A DNA stretch of 64,000 bases, from IMG/VR virus record IMGVR_UViG_3300022178_000020; one strand, written 5' to 3'. The first letter of the stretch is position 1. Each line of letters opens with the position of its first letter. This DNA is from an uncultured virus (IMG/VR IMGVR_UViG_3300022178_000020) (lineage: Duplodnaviria > Heunggongvirae > Uroviricota > Caudoviricetes). Both the position numbers and the translations under genes were made by a program. This document shows positions 22,101 through 30,787 of this stretch, in pieces. The notes under the pieces are model-generated. The model saw only the letters and a program-made list of their open reading frames with translations. It was not told the DNA's origin and ran no database searches.

Positions 22101-25100
22101 TGATGAGCCTGAAATGCCTGAACTACCTGAAGTTCCTGAAGAACCTGAAACACCTGAGGTGCCTGAAGAACCTGAGCTGCCTGAAGTACCTGATGAACCT
22201 GATGTGCCTGAGGCCCCTGTCATACCTGATGAACCACTAGTACCTGAAGAGCCTGATGTACCCGAAGTACCTGAGGAGCCACTAATACCTATGGCGCCTG
22301 AGGTGCCTGAGGTGCCTGATGAACCTGATGAACCTGAGGTGCCTGAGGAACCACTAATACCTGATGTGCCTGAAGAACCTGAAGTACCTGAGGCACCTGT
22401 CATACCTGAAGAACCTGATGTGCCTGAAGAACCACTTATGCCTGAAGTACCTGATGAACCTGCAGCACCTGAAGTGCCTGATGAACCTGAGATACCTGAT
22501 GTTCCTGAAGAACCTGAGATACCCGATGTACCCGAAGAACCTGATGCTCCGGGGGCTCCCGCTAGGTTTATACACCATTGTTGAGAACCACTAAAAGTCC
22601 CTGTAGAAGAGGTAACTATAATACTAATGCCCCCTGTTCCCGAATTATAGGACCCAACCGTTCCTTCAATTAGGTTATTAACATTACCTGGGGTAGCCAA
22701 TATTATACTTTGTCCCGTTGTATAAGCTAATCCAATTCCTATAACAAGATTAAGGGTACCCGAAGCGGGGGAAGTGAGGGATTGGGTACTACAATTGGCG
22801 TATATGTCACCATCCTCACCTGATGAACCCGAAGTACCCGAAGAACCACTAGTACCTGAAGAACCTGATGTACCTGAAGAACCTGATGTTCCTGAGGCAC
22901 CTGTCATACCTGAAGAACCTGATGTGCCTGAGGAACCTGAAGTACCTGATGAGCCAGCTGTACCTGAGGTACCAGATGAGCCTGATGTGCCTGAAGAGCC
23001 ACTAGTACCTGAAGAACCACTAGTGCCGGAAGAACCACTAGTACCTGAAGAGCCACTAGTACCTGAAGAGCCACTAGTACCTGAGGAACCCGAGATACCA
23101 CTAGTGCCTGAGGAACCACTAGTACCTGATGTACCTGAGGAACCACTAATACCCGATGTACCTGAAGAACCTGAAGTGCCAGATGAACCCGAAGTGCCTG
23201 AAGTTCCTGAAGAGCCATTTATCCCAGAGGTGCCGGAAGAACCTGAGGTACCCGAAGATCCTGAAGTGCCAGATGAACCATCGATACCCGAAGTACCTGA
23301 TGAACCTGATGTGCCCGAAGCCCCCGTCATTCCTGAGGAACCTGAGGTGCCTGATGATCCTGAAGAGCCGGCGGTGCCTGAGGTACCTGAAGAACCACTA
23401 GTACCTGAAGAACCTGAGGTACCTGAAGAACCATCTATACCTGAGGTACCTGATGATCCTGAAGAGCCGGAGGTGCCTGAGGTTCCTGAAGAACCACTAG
23501 TACCTGAAGAACCTGAGGCACCTGAAGAGCCTGATGTACCAGAGGTACCTGATGAACCACTAATGCCTGATGAGCCTGAAGTACCTGATGAACCTGATGT
23601 ACCTGAAGAACCACTAGTGCCTGAAGAACCACTAGTACCTGCAGAACCGCTAGTACCTGAAGAGCCTGAAGTACCTGAAGTACCCGAAGAACCGTCTATA
23701 CCTGAGGTACCCGACGATCCTGATGAACCTGAGGTGCCTGAAGAACCTGATGTGCCTGAAGAACCACTAGTACCTGCCGAACCGCTAGTACCTGAAGAGC
23801 CTGAAGTACCTGATGCACCCGTCATACCCGAAGAACCTGAAGTACCTGATGAACCTGCAGTACCTGAAGAGCCATCTATGCCTGAAGTGCCCGATGAACC
23901 TGAAGTGCCTGATGAACCACTAATACCTGATGAACCACTAGTACCTGAAGTGCCTGATGAACCACTAGTACCTGATGTGCCTGATGAGCCACTAGTACCT
24001 GAAGAGCCACTGATGCCTGATGATCCCGATGTGCCTGAGCTACCTGAGGTGCCTGAGGAGCCTGAAAAACCTGAAGTGCCTGATGAGCCGGATGTACCTG
24101 ATGTACCTGATGAGCCTGAAGAACCACTAGTACCTGAAGAACCTGAGGTACCTGAAGAGCCATCTATACCTGAAGTACCCGAAGAACCACTAGTACCTGA
24201 GGAACCATCTATACCTGAGGTGCCTGAGGAACCTGAGGAACCTGAGGTACCTGACGAACCTGATGAGCCTGATGAACCCGAGGTACCTGAGGCACCTGTC
24301 ATACCTGAAGAACCTGAAGTACCTGATGAGCCTGATTCTCCAGATGTACCTGAAGTACCTGATGAACCTGATATTCCAGATGAACCTGAAGTACCTGATG
24401 AACCTGATGTGCCTGAAGAACCTGAAGAACCTGAAGTGCCTGAGGAACCGTCTATGCCTGAGGTACCTGAAGAACCTGAAGAACCTGAAGTACCAGATGA
24501 ACCTGAAGTACCCGATGAACCCGATATACCTGAAGTGCCCGATGAGCCTGAGGTGCCAGATGAGCCTGAGGAGCCAGATGTGCCCGAACTACCTGAAGTA
24601 CCTGAAGAACCGGATGTACCTGAAGCACCTGTCATACCTGATGAACCGCTAGTACCCGATGAACCCGATGATCCTGAAGTGCCTGAAGTGCCTGATGATC
24701 CTGCTGCTCCTGGAGCTCCCTCTAGGTTTATACACCATTGTAGAGAAGTAGGGGTAGGCCAATTCCCTGTTTGGGAAGTAATATCGATTTCTATATCCCC
24801 ATTTGATGAGTTATATGAATTAACTATTCCTACTATATACTGTGTGGCACTATATGCTAGTATTACAGTTTGACCTACTGTATATGCTAGTCCTGCGGCT
24901 ATGTTTATATTAAGGGGGTCTCCAGGGGGATCGGTAATGGTTTGAGTGCTACAATCGGCATATATGTCACCATCTTCACCAGATGAACCCGAAGTGCCTG
25001 AAGTACCTGAAGTACCTGAGGAGCCTTCGGCACCCGATGATCCTGATGTACCTGATGAGCCGCTTCCTCCTCCTCCTGTTCCGTCATTATAATCTAATAC

Positions 25101-25463
25101 AATACAAACTTCTTCCTCAGCATTTAATGGAAAATTACCAGATTGAGCACTAGCTCCTGCAGTTATTGTAAAAGATATATAATTAGTATTATCCGTTACA
25201 GCTGTGTAAGGAAAAACTGCGTAGTTAGCAGGATATTTTTTACTGTGTATTGTTAAATTACCTTTAGTACTATCTTTTAGGTAATCCGATATGTTAATAT
25301 TATTAAGGTCCGATATGTTAATATCAACACGAGTTGTATTTCTAACATCTAAACTACTATAAAGACTTAATCTACCAGGGGAGGGGATTGTAGAGGGAGT
25401 TGAAACCTTGTAAGGTATACAAAATGCTCCTAAATCTCTATCTATAATAAATTTTTGTGCCAT
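16113..25463 (-). CDS. Giant collagen-like (Gly-X-Y, X/Y mostly Ser/Thr) fibre protein, 3116 aa, with four repeated globular knob domains
   Basis: Gly at every third residue through long GSS/GTS/GID/GMT/GAS runs; non-repetitive N- and C-termini; ATATTTATA motif upstream at 25482-25490. Confidence 0.85.
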   Translation of the reverse strand: MAQKFIIDRDLGAFCIPYKVSTPSTIPSPGRLSLYSSLDVRNTTRVDINISDLNNINISDYLKDSTKGNLTIHSKKYPANYAVFPYTAVTDNTNYISFTITAGASAQSGNFPLNAEEEVCIVLDYNDGTGGGGSGSSGTSGSSGAEGSSGTSGTSGTSGSSGEDGDIYADCSTQTITDPPGDPLNINIAAGLAYTVGQTVILAYSATQYIVGIVNSYNSSNGDIEIDITSQTGNWPTPTSLQWCINLEGAPGAAGSSGTSGTSGSSGSSGTSGSSGMTGASGTSGSSGTSGSSGTSGSSGSSGTSGSSGTSGISGSSGTSGSSGTSGSSGSSGTSGIDGSSGTSGSSGSSGTSGSSGTSGSSGISGSSGTSGTSGESGSSGTSGSSGMTGASGTSGSSGSSGSSGTSGSSGSSGTSGIDGSSGTSGSSGTSGIDGSSGTSGSSGTSGSSGSSGTSGTSGSSGTSGFSGSSGTSGSSGTSGSSGISGSSGTSGSSGTSGTSGSSGTSGTSGSSGISGSSGTSGSSGTSGIDGSSGTAGSSGTSGSSGMTGASGTSGSSGTSGSAGTSGSSGTSGSSGTSGSSGSSGTSGIDGSSGTSGTSGSSGTSGSAGTSGSSGTSGSSGTSGSSGTSGSSGISGSSGTSGTSGSSGASGSSGTSGSSGTSGTSGSSGSSGTSGIDGSSGTSGSSGTSGSSGTSGTAGSSGSSGTSGSSGMTGASGTSGSSGTSGIDGSSGTSGSSGTSGSSGTSGINGSSGTSGTSGSSGTSGSSGTSGISGSSGTSGTSGSSGTSGISGSSGTSGSSGTSGSSGTSGSSGTSGSSGTSGSSGTSGSSGTSGTAGSSGTSGSSGTSGSSGMTGASGTSGSSGTSGSSGTSGSSGTSGSSGEDGDIYANCSTQSLTSPASGTLNLVIGIGLAYTTGQSIILATPGNVNNLIEGTVGSYNSGTGGISIIVTSSTGTFSGSQQWCINLAGAPGASGSSGTSGISGSSGTSGISGSSGTSGAAGSSGTSGISGSSGTSGSSGMTGASGTSGSSGTSGISGSSGTSGSSGSSGTSGTSGAIGISGSSGTSGTSGSSGTSGSSGMTGASGTSGSSGTSGSSGSSGTSGVSGSSGTSGSSGISGSSGSSGTSGSSGSSGTSGSSGISGSSGTSGTSGSSGTSGTSGSSGTSGSAGTSGSSGISGSSGTSGSSGMTGASGTSGSSGISGSSGTSGTSGSSGISGSSGTSGTSGSSGTSGSSGTSGSSGTSGSSGISGSSGTSGTSGSSGTSGSSGTSGSSGTSGSSGTSGTSGSSGFSGSSGTSGSSGTSGTSGSSGVSGSSGTSGSSGMTGASGTSGSSGTSGSSGTSGATGDSGSSGTSGSSGTSGSSGTSGIDGSSGTSGSSGTSGSSGTSGATGEDGSSGTSGSSGTSGSSGTSGATGESGSSGTSGSSGITGASGTSGSSGTSGSSGTSGSSGISGSSGTSGATGESGSSGTSGSSGMTGASGTSGSSGTSGSSGTSGSSGTSGIDGSSGTSGSSGTSGIDGSSGTSGSSGTSGSSGTSGTSGSSGISGSSGTSGSSGMTGASGTSGSSGTSGTAGSSGTSGISGSSGTSGSSGMTGASGTSGSSGTSGSSGTSGSSGTSGIDGSSGTSGTSGSSGAAGADGDVYADCANQTITSGTPPPSLTLTFATDLAYTAGQNVILAHSATQFIEGTVDSYTPNSGVIVLINLTYTGTFSGTIEWCLNLAGAPGASGSSGTSGTSGSSGTSGIDGSSGTSGSSGTSGSSGTSGSSGTSGINGSSGTSGSSGTSGSSGISGSSGTSGTSGISGSSGTSGSSGMTGASGTSGSSGTSGSSGTSGSSGTSGSSGTSGTSGVSGSSGTSGSSGTSGIDGSSGTSGAAGSSGTSGISGSSGTSGSSGMTGASGTSGSSGTSGSSGTSGSSGTSGSSGTSGSSGTSGTSGLSGSSGTSGSSGMTGASGTSGSSGTSGSSGTSGSSGTSGIDGSSGTSGSSGTSGIDGSSGTSGSSGTSGSSGATGESGSSGTSGSSGTSGSSGTSGSSGMTGASGTSGSSGTSGTAGSSGSSGTSGSSGTSGSSGTSGATGGSGSSGTSGSSGMAGASGTSGSSGTSGSSGTSGSSGTSGINGSSGTSGSSGTSGSSGTSGSSGTGGSSGTSGIDGSSGTSGSSGTSGSSGMTGASGTSGSSGTSGSSGTSGSSGSSGISGTSGSSGTSGSSGTSGSSGTSGTSGTSGSSGMTGASGTSGSSGTSGIDGSSGTSGTSGTSGSSGTSGSSGTSGSSGMTGASGTSGSSGTSGSSGTSGIDGSSGTSGSSGTSGSSGTSGSSGASGTDGDIYAACVNNLTISNPPSSPLTIAIGSGLAYTAGQNIILAIDSSNFIEGTVNNYNSGTGNIEINVTSSTGSWSSITSYTWCINLAGAPGASGSSGTSGSSGTSGTSGIDGSSGTSGSSGTSGSSGSSGTSGSSGMTGASGTSGSSGTSGSSGTSGSSGTSGSSGTSGLSGTSGSSGTSGIAGIDGSSGTSGSSGMTGASGTSGSSGTSGSSGSSGTSGTSGSSGTSGSSGTSGIDGSSGTSGSSGTSGIDGSSGTSGSSGTSGIDGSSGTSGSSGTSGIDGSSGTSGSSGTSGIDGSSGTSGSSGTSGIDGSSGTSGSSGTSGIDGTSGSSGSSGTDGSSGTSGSSGTSGIDGSSGTSGSSGTSGIDGSSGTSGSSGTSGIDGSSGTSGSSGTSGIDGSSGTSGSSGTSGIDGSSGTSGSSGTSGIDGSSGTSGSSGTSGISGSSGTSGSSGTSGSSGTSGSSGMTGASGTSGSSGTSGSSGTSGSSGTSGSSGTSGISGSSGTSGSSGTSGSSGMTGASGTSGSSGTSGSSGTSGSSGTSGSSGTSGTSITENWSILDSVPAGSVGNPGTDIFNTGLSFGTFDVVEFDGMVILKGNNSGTGTVADPFIRAGATLKFTGTLWAFLSKNYLYDFTITEVDGTFVSQSVTTEIAQTQLISIVATDPGNKTQGSYGPVGITGGGTGAQATVVIGNTGLATSIIVTDGGSGYSTTTAITIDGADIGGTTSTDDVVLNLTIPYLVPEYTKSRLNLEQIYIQAEDVDVTNNILRFKVYNTLDYSLFYKHSLTFRIFNDL
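16850..25080. repeat. Degenerate 9-bp coding tandem repeat array (cctgaagta / cctgatgaa type) broken by four knob domains
   Basis: Visible directly; synonymous variation between units. Confidence 0.95.
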
Positions 25464-25490
25464 AGATTAGTGGTTCTTCGTTATAAATAT

Positions 25491-26087
25491 TCAAGGTTTA
25501 TAGTACCTTAAATATTTCTCTTGAAGATATTTTCCTAATCCATAAAAACCTTCATTTTTTTCTTTTAATTTTACTATACTATGATTTGTACGATATACTT
25601 GATTTTCATCTCCTGTTAATGTCCAAGGTATATTAAAAGGTACCCAGTTTTGGAAATCTATAGTTGGACTATTTTGAACTAATGCGTTATAGTCAGATTC
25701 GGAAGTTTCTAAATAAATAAATTCATTTCTACTTTTACAAAAAAATCTTCTAAATTCACCAAGTTGGTAATCCTGTTCAGTGGGTTGTGTAAAGAATAGT
25801 TGGGGGGAATTTCGTAAATTATTTCCTGAGATTCCTCTTAAGAGTTTATAATTTTCATTTTCAACATTGTCTTTAATATAGACTTGAGTTTGGTTAGCTT
25901 GTACTGGTTCAGGAATTGGGATTAGGAGTCTATTGGGTTTATTATCAGGATTTTTTCCTGTAAATAATTGGCCCTTATATGTTTTGTAGTAGTACCCAAT
26001 GTAAGGTTGGGTTGTTCCTTTGATTACATAGTTCTTTCCCGCAGTATACAGATTAGTTTGAATTCTACTTTTGGGAACATAGGGCAT
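25491..26087 (-). CDS. Hypothetical structural (baseplate-region) protein
   Basis: 198-aa ORF in the tail block, preceded by the late motif. Confidence 0.65.
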   Translation of the reverse strand: MPYVPKSRIQTNLYTAGKNYVIKGTTQPYIGYYYKTYKGQLFTGKNPDNKPNRLLIPIPEPVQANQTQVYIKDNVENENYKLLRGISGNNLRNSPQLFFTQPTEQDYQLGEFRRFFCKSRNEFIYLETSESDYNALVQNSPTIDFQNWVPFNIPWTLTGDENQVYRTNHSIVKLKEKNEGFYGLGKYLQEKYLRYYKP

Positions 26088-26102
26088 ATTGATAAATATT
26101 AA

Positions 26103-28550
26103 TTAAAACTGATTTTGGGGGCCCGTAAAGAGGGGATTATCCTCTGTAATAGGTTCACTTAGTCTAGCTTTGGGCATAAACTGCCCTTCAACATTAGTAA
26201 TCCATCCTGAACCATCTATGGTATGGTTTATGCCTTTAATAATAAATTCTATATTATCCCTATAACTTTGGGGGAGAAATTCATCTGTGATAGTGTATTT
26301 TTGAAAAATTTTCATTCCAGAAAGACCATCCATAGTAAGAGATAATGAAATAGGAATTAAAACGGGAGATGTTAAAGAATTATCCTTTTTTATATTTTCA
26401 GAAGATCGTATTTCAAAGTATTTATTTATGGCTGTAGAAAGTTTGTAAAGATTCGCACTATAACTAAAGGTACTATTAAGCATAACTGCTATTTCTGTAC
26501 TTTTTACAGTTTCAGCATATTTTAATCTTCTATCCTGCCTAATTTGTTCTTCTTTTGCTGTTGTTGATTCAGCAGAAGTTTTTTTATCTAAAACTATTCT
26601 GTCTGTGTATCCCCTATTCCAATTTGAAAAAGAAAAGGAATTTTGGTCTACGCTAGTGTTGTTAGCTTGAGCCCCTATTGCTATTTGGGTTGCAAAATTA
26701 GGAGGGATTGTTGAGTTTATAGAAATATTTTTTACAAAACTACCCTTTTGAATACCTGTTATGTTTCCTTGCCCACTATTATAAAATCCTATTTGGAATT
26801 TTGAAGCTTCCTTTTCAGAATCAGGTAAAATGTTATTCGAGTTTCTTTTATTAACTATATATAAAATATTATCATCGGTATCATGGAATGGGGTTAATTC
26901 GGTTGCATTAGATAAAGATGAATTTATTTGGGTGCACAAAGCTAGTAGAAAGTCAATTAAAGCTAAGTTTCCTGCGCTGTTTATGTTTTTATCAAGTATA
27001 TTAAAAATTAAATCTATATTTAAATGAATATGCATAAAATTATAAGTAAATTTATCATTTTTTTTATCTTTACTAGTTAAAAAATCTGATCCTAAAATCT
27101 GGTTAATTTTTTTGAAATCAAAAGTATTTTCAAATCCTAATTCATCGGAACCTTCAAGAGAAAATTCTACTACTCCGGTTTTAAATCTAGAGGGTATTAA
27201 GCAAGTACGAGGATCTGATGAAAATAAATCTTCAAGGGGGATAAAGCATTGATTTTCATCATATTCCCAATTTATACCTATTATAGGAGTAGAATTTTCG
27301 GTAGTATTATATAATAGAAGAAAATTTTGAATTATCCTTAATAACGCCCCAAATTTAATATAATAAAAAGCTTCGTCTGAGTTTTCTCCTTCAAGTTTTA
27401 TTAATTCTTTAAGGGGTTGAGATGAAGGGGGAGAAATAATTTCATCTTTGTAGGGATTTAAATCTTCTAGGTTGGCACTTAATTTTATAGAGTCATTGGT
27501 AAGGTTAGAATTAAAATAAGATGCCTTACGTGGGGTTGGAACAACAATACCACTATATACGCCCAAATTTTCAGTTTTAAGTTCTCCAAGAGGGGAATCA
27601 TCGCTTGAAAAAATAGAGACACCATCAAGACGTTTTTTAAAGTCTCCCAATATTCTTCCTATAGTTGTTGATTCAATTTTATTTTCTATTCCCGAAGAAG
27701 GGGAATCGGGTTCTGAACGTTTGTCACCGGGTAGATTTGTAGATATAGAAAGAGATTCTATAATATCTCCTGGGGAAAGAACTTTTACAGTTATATTATA
27801 TTCCCCTTCAGGAGTAACTTCCCAATTATAATTGAGCACTCTACCTAACATACCATCATAGTTACCTGAGGAATCTGATCTAGTTTGTTTTATTTTATTT
27901 TGTATGTAAGTTTGAGGGTCTTCATCATTTCCACTTTTAGCTTGAAGAAACTCTTTATATACCTGGTTACCCGAGGTGACATCACTTTCGAGGGATTTAT
28001 CATTTTTAAAATATATAGTGTGTCCCCATTCTAAAAGTAAAGTATATCCTAATCTCAAGTAAAGAGCTTCAATATGATTAAATTGTTGTACGTTATAGCA
28101 TTTAATTTTAATTTCTCCTTCTATTAAAGAACCATTATTTTTAGGTTTAATATTAAAAGAAGTAACACCTGGGAGTGGAGTTAAGCCATAATTTGCAGTT
28201 GAATCAAATCCATAGGAAGCATTTTTTAATATAGAATCAGTATAATTGTCTACAATTCCTCCTTTAGGTTTTGAAGAAGTTGTAGTATTATTGGCCCCCC
28301 CAAATAAAACATATCTCTCAGCTAACCCAGATCCCTCAGGAATTCCACCTTTTCCGATGGGGGTGCCGGGGAGGTTGTTAAGTCTAGTTTGGTCTATGTT
28401 AACTCCTGATGTTAGGCGTAACCAACTATCTTTACTTGTAGTATATGAAATAAGTTCGTTATCGTAAGTAGTAGATCCTAATTTTTCTTGTCTAACTTTT
28501 ATTTGTTTATCTACAAAAGGAGCGAAATTTTCACCTATAATTTTCCCCAT
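26103..28550 (-). CDS. Putative baseplate hub protein (gp27/late control D-like)
   Basis: LLLEWGH, C-terminal SLTMDGLSG...FIIKGINHTIDGSGWITNVEG; position downstream of the tape measure. Confidence 0.55.
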   Translation of the reverse strand: MGKIIGENFAPFVDKQIKVRQEKLGSTTYDNELISYTTSKDSWLRLTSGVNIDQTRLNNLPGTPIGKGGIPEGSGLAERYVLFGGANNTTTSSKPKGGIVDNYTDSILKNASYGFDSTANYGLTPLPGVTSFNIKPKNNGSLIEGEIKIKCYNVQQFNHIEALYLRLGYTLLLEWGHTIYFKNDKSLESDVTSGNQVYKEFLQAKSGNDEDPQTYIQNKIKQTRSDSSGNYDGMLGRVLNYNWEVTPEGEYNITVKVLSPGDIIESLSISTNLPGDKRSEPDSPSSGIENKIESTTIGRILGDFKKRLDGVSIFSSDDSPLGELKTENLGVYSGIVVPTPRKASYFNSNLTNDSIKLSANLEDLNPYKDEIISPPSSQPLKELIKLEGENSDEAFYYIKFGALLRIIQNFLLLYNTTENSTPIIGINWEYDENQCFIPLEDLFSSDPRTCLIPSRFKTGVVEFSLEGSDELGFENTFDFKKINQILGSDFLTSKDKKNDKFTYNFMHIHLNIDLIFNILDKNINSAGNLALIDFLLALCTQINSSLSNATELTPFHDTDDNILYIVNKRNSNNILPDSEKEASKFQIGFYNSGQGNITGIQKGSFVKNISINSTIPPNFATQIAIGAQANNTSVDQNSFSFSNWNRGYTDRIVLDKKTSAESTTAKEEQIRQDRRLKYAETVKSTEIAVMLNSTFSYSANLYKLSTAINKYFEIRSSENIKKDNSLTSPVLIPISLSLTMDGLSGMKIFQKYTITDEFLPQSYRDNIEFIIKGINHTIDGSGWITNVEGQFMPKARLSEPITEDNPLFTGPQNQF

Positions 28551-28553
28551 AAT

Positions 28554-28853
28554 TTATTTATTTAAAACTTTATATGCCTCTATAATATCAGAAATATTAG
28601 AGGGTATTCTTATTTGGTGGCCCAATGTAGGGTACAAACTATTAGGTTTGAATCTAGGGTTTGCGGATGATATAACCCACCATAAAGTAACATCCCCATA
28701 GTATTGATAAGCTAATAGATCGTATCTATCCCCTTCTTCGGCTATAACGTAGAAATCATTATCGCTAAAGGGAATTTCAGGATATTTTACATTAGCTCTA
28801 TATCTTTTCCCTACAGGAGTACGAAATATGGGAATATTATTATATCTATTCAT
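28554..28853 (-). CDS. LysM-like baseplate wedge / tail X protein (gp53-like)
   Basis: EGDRYDLLAYQYYGDVTLWWVISSAN...GHQIRIP. Confidence 0.8.
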   Translation of the reverse strand: MNRYNNIPIFRTPVGKRYRANVKYPEIPFSDNDFYVIAEEGDRYDLLAYQYYGDVTLWWVISSANPRFKPNSLYPTLGHQIRIPSNISDIIEAYKVLNK

Positions 28854-30526
28854 TATTGATATGAAATAAATTTGCTATCACTGCTTACTAATCCTTTACT
28901 ATTATCAGTTATTGGAGTAAAATTAAACCCACTTACTTTAATGGATTTTGGGAGTTGTTTCCCCTTATCTATATCAAACCCAGCTTCAAATATTGGAGAT
29001 AATGTAAAACCAGTTACAATTCCGGGTACGTCATTCAAATAATCTCCAAATGTCAATTTAACAAAATTTCCACGTATATAACCGCTATTACTGTAGTTAG
29101 GGGCTAAATTTTGTATTAATTTATTTAATTTAGCATAAATAGGAATTATTTGATTTGGATTTTCGGCTACTATTGTAAAGTCTAAATTTATTGCCCTACT
29201 AAACCCCTTATACTTATATGAAGGATATCCTCTACCGGTATAAGTGTATTCATCATATTGGGCTCCTATAGAATCTGAGAAGTTGTCTACATAAGCTTGC
29301 CAGTAAAGGTATTCGTTATCAGAGGGGTTATCAGGGTTAAGAAGATTTAAATAAAATTTAAATAATTGGGATTCTCCAAGTTCTTCTGCGCTTGACCCAC
29401 TACTAACATTTAATAAGTTGGTATTTGTTGCACTAAATTTATCCCCTGTGTAAGTATATTGTTTACTCCCACTTACAGGAGATGCTAAGTTACCATACTT
29501 TCTAAGTATAAAATCTGGGTTGGATTGATATGAACGTTGGGTATAACTAGTGACAGAGTCATTAGTTAACTCATTAGGAGAGTTTGGATGGTATTCAATA
29601 GAGCTTCCATCAGGTTTTTTGTATGCCGTAGTAAGTGTTACAATAGAGCCAGAATTAACTACCCCCTTAGGAAAGTTTTCAGCACTATTGTATGTGCCTG
29701 CTTCAATTCCCTTTAAAGTAATTGGACCTAAAGGTGTATTAATTTCTTGTTCTTTAGAAGAGTAATTAGTATTAAAATAAGTTTGAGCTGCTGATACTTT
29801 GTTGAAGGAATTGTCTAAAAAAGATCCAGTAGTCCACCCGTATTCATTTTTGCCTGTAGTATAGGTTGCTCTTTTAGTTATAGTCTTACCTACACCTAAT
29901 GTGGATCCCGGCCCCCCACTATAAGATAGTATATTAAGGTCACTAGAAGCAACTAGAGGGTTTTTAGGAAATAGTGAACCTAAAATTTTAGTATCATATA
30001 AAGATACTAATCTATTATTACTACTATCTCCTAATTGATTATTTTGGTCGTGGACCGCTTGTTCATATCTAATAAGACCCCCTCCAGGGAATAACCCTCC
30101 TTCAACTATCCCAGCCATGGGAGAAGTTGGATCCAAGCCTAATAAATTTAAATGAGTGCCTCCAAATCCAGCCACAACTTGAGCTAGGGTAGAAGAGGGA
30201 ACATAAACTCCTTGATTAATGGTACCTGCAGCGTAAGCAGGGCCGGTAGTTGCTTCTGTTTTTACTGATGTTCTAGATAGAAGATTAGTAGTAGTTGTAA
30301 AGTTAAGACCTTTAGTAGTAGAAAAAAGTAATTTAGTTAATCTTGAAACATCTTCAACTCCTCTTCCGATAGCTCCTTGGCGTAGGAGAAAGTCGTTAGA
30401 AGCCCCAGGAGTTTCCCCTTCCGGAATAGGTTCTGTAATAAAAGGTTCTTTACTACTACCCCCACCAGGGCGATCCTTTCCATAGGTTAGAGACTTAAGG
30501 TCTGTTTTAAGATCAATTAAGGGCAT
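28853..30526 (-). CDS. Putative baseplate tube-initiator protein
   Basis: C-terminal tube-like domain (YTGRGYPSYKYKGFSRAINLDF, VKLTFGDY); synteny. Confidence 0.55.
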   Translation of the reverse strand: MPLIDLKTDLKSLTYGKDRPGGGSSKEPFITEPIPEGETPGASNDFLLRQGAIGRGVEDVSRLTKLLFSTTKGLNFTTTTNLLSRTSVKTEATTGPAYAAGTINQGVYVPSSTLAQVVAGFGGTHLNLLGLDPTSPMAGIVEGGLFPGGGLIRYEQAVHDQNNQLGDSSNNRLVSLYDTKILGSLFPKNPLVASSDLNILSYSGGPGSTLGVGKTITKRATYTTGKNEYGWTTGSFLDNSFNKVSAAQTYFNTNYSSKEQEINTPLGPITLKGIEAGTYNSAENFPKGVVNSGSIVTLTTAYKKPDGSSIEYHPNSPNELTNDSVTSYTQRSYQSNPDFILRKYGNLASPVSGSKQYTYTGDKFSATNTNLLNVSSGSSAEELGESQLFKFYLNLLNPDNPSDNEYLYWQAYVDNFSDSIGAQYDEYTYTGRGYPSYKYKGFSRAINLDFTIVAENPNQIIPIYAKLNKLIQNLAPNYSNSGYIRGNFVKLTFGDYLNDVPGIVTGFTLSPIFEAGFDIDKGKQLPKSIKVSGFNFTPITDNSKGLVSSDSKFISYQ

Positions 30527-30529
30527 CTA

Positions 30530-30760
30530 TTAGAATGATCTATTTTCAGGAGCGTTATCCCTATAATTATCTGCAGGAGTAATGCCTCGCAAACCTAGAG
30601 AGGTTGGAGAGGGTAAACTAGGTAATTTAGGATTAGCATTTAAAGAATACTCATCATGGAGTTTTGATAAATTAGTTCCAAAAAATGAGCCTGCAGGAAC
30701 CGTTGGGGGTCTACTTGCAAGATCAGAAGGTGATGTGTTGTATAGGTTAATAATTGACAT
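30530..30760 (-). CDS. Small hypothetical protein
   Basis: 76 aa; late motif at 30775-30783. Confidence 0.6.
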   Translation of the reverse strand: MSIINLYNTSPSDLASRPPTVPAGSFFGTNLSKLHDEYSLNANPKLPSLPSPTSLGLRGITPADNYRDNAPENRSF

Positions 30761-30787
30761 GATTGTGATTTTGTTATAAATATTAAA

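Noticed and set aside
16669..24873. Long plus-strand ORFs of PEVPEEP repeats (531-699 aa) and off-frame MNLKYL / VLQVHQ ORFs
   Set aside because: Antisense and alternate-frame shadows of the GSS/GTS codon repeat; they break at each knob domain and have no expression signals
16850..25080. Repeat array as a CRISPR array or non-coding satellite
   Set aside because: No repeat-spacer structure; variation is largely synonymous within one open frame
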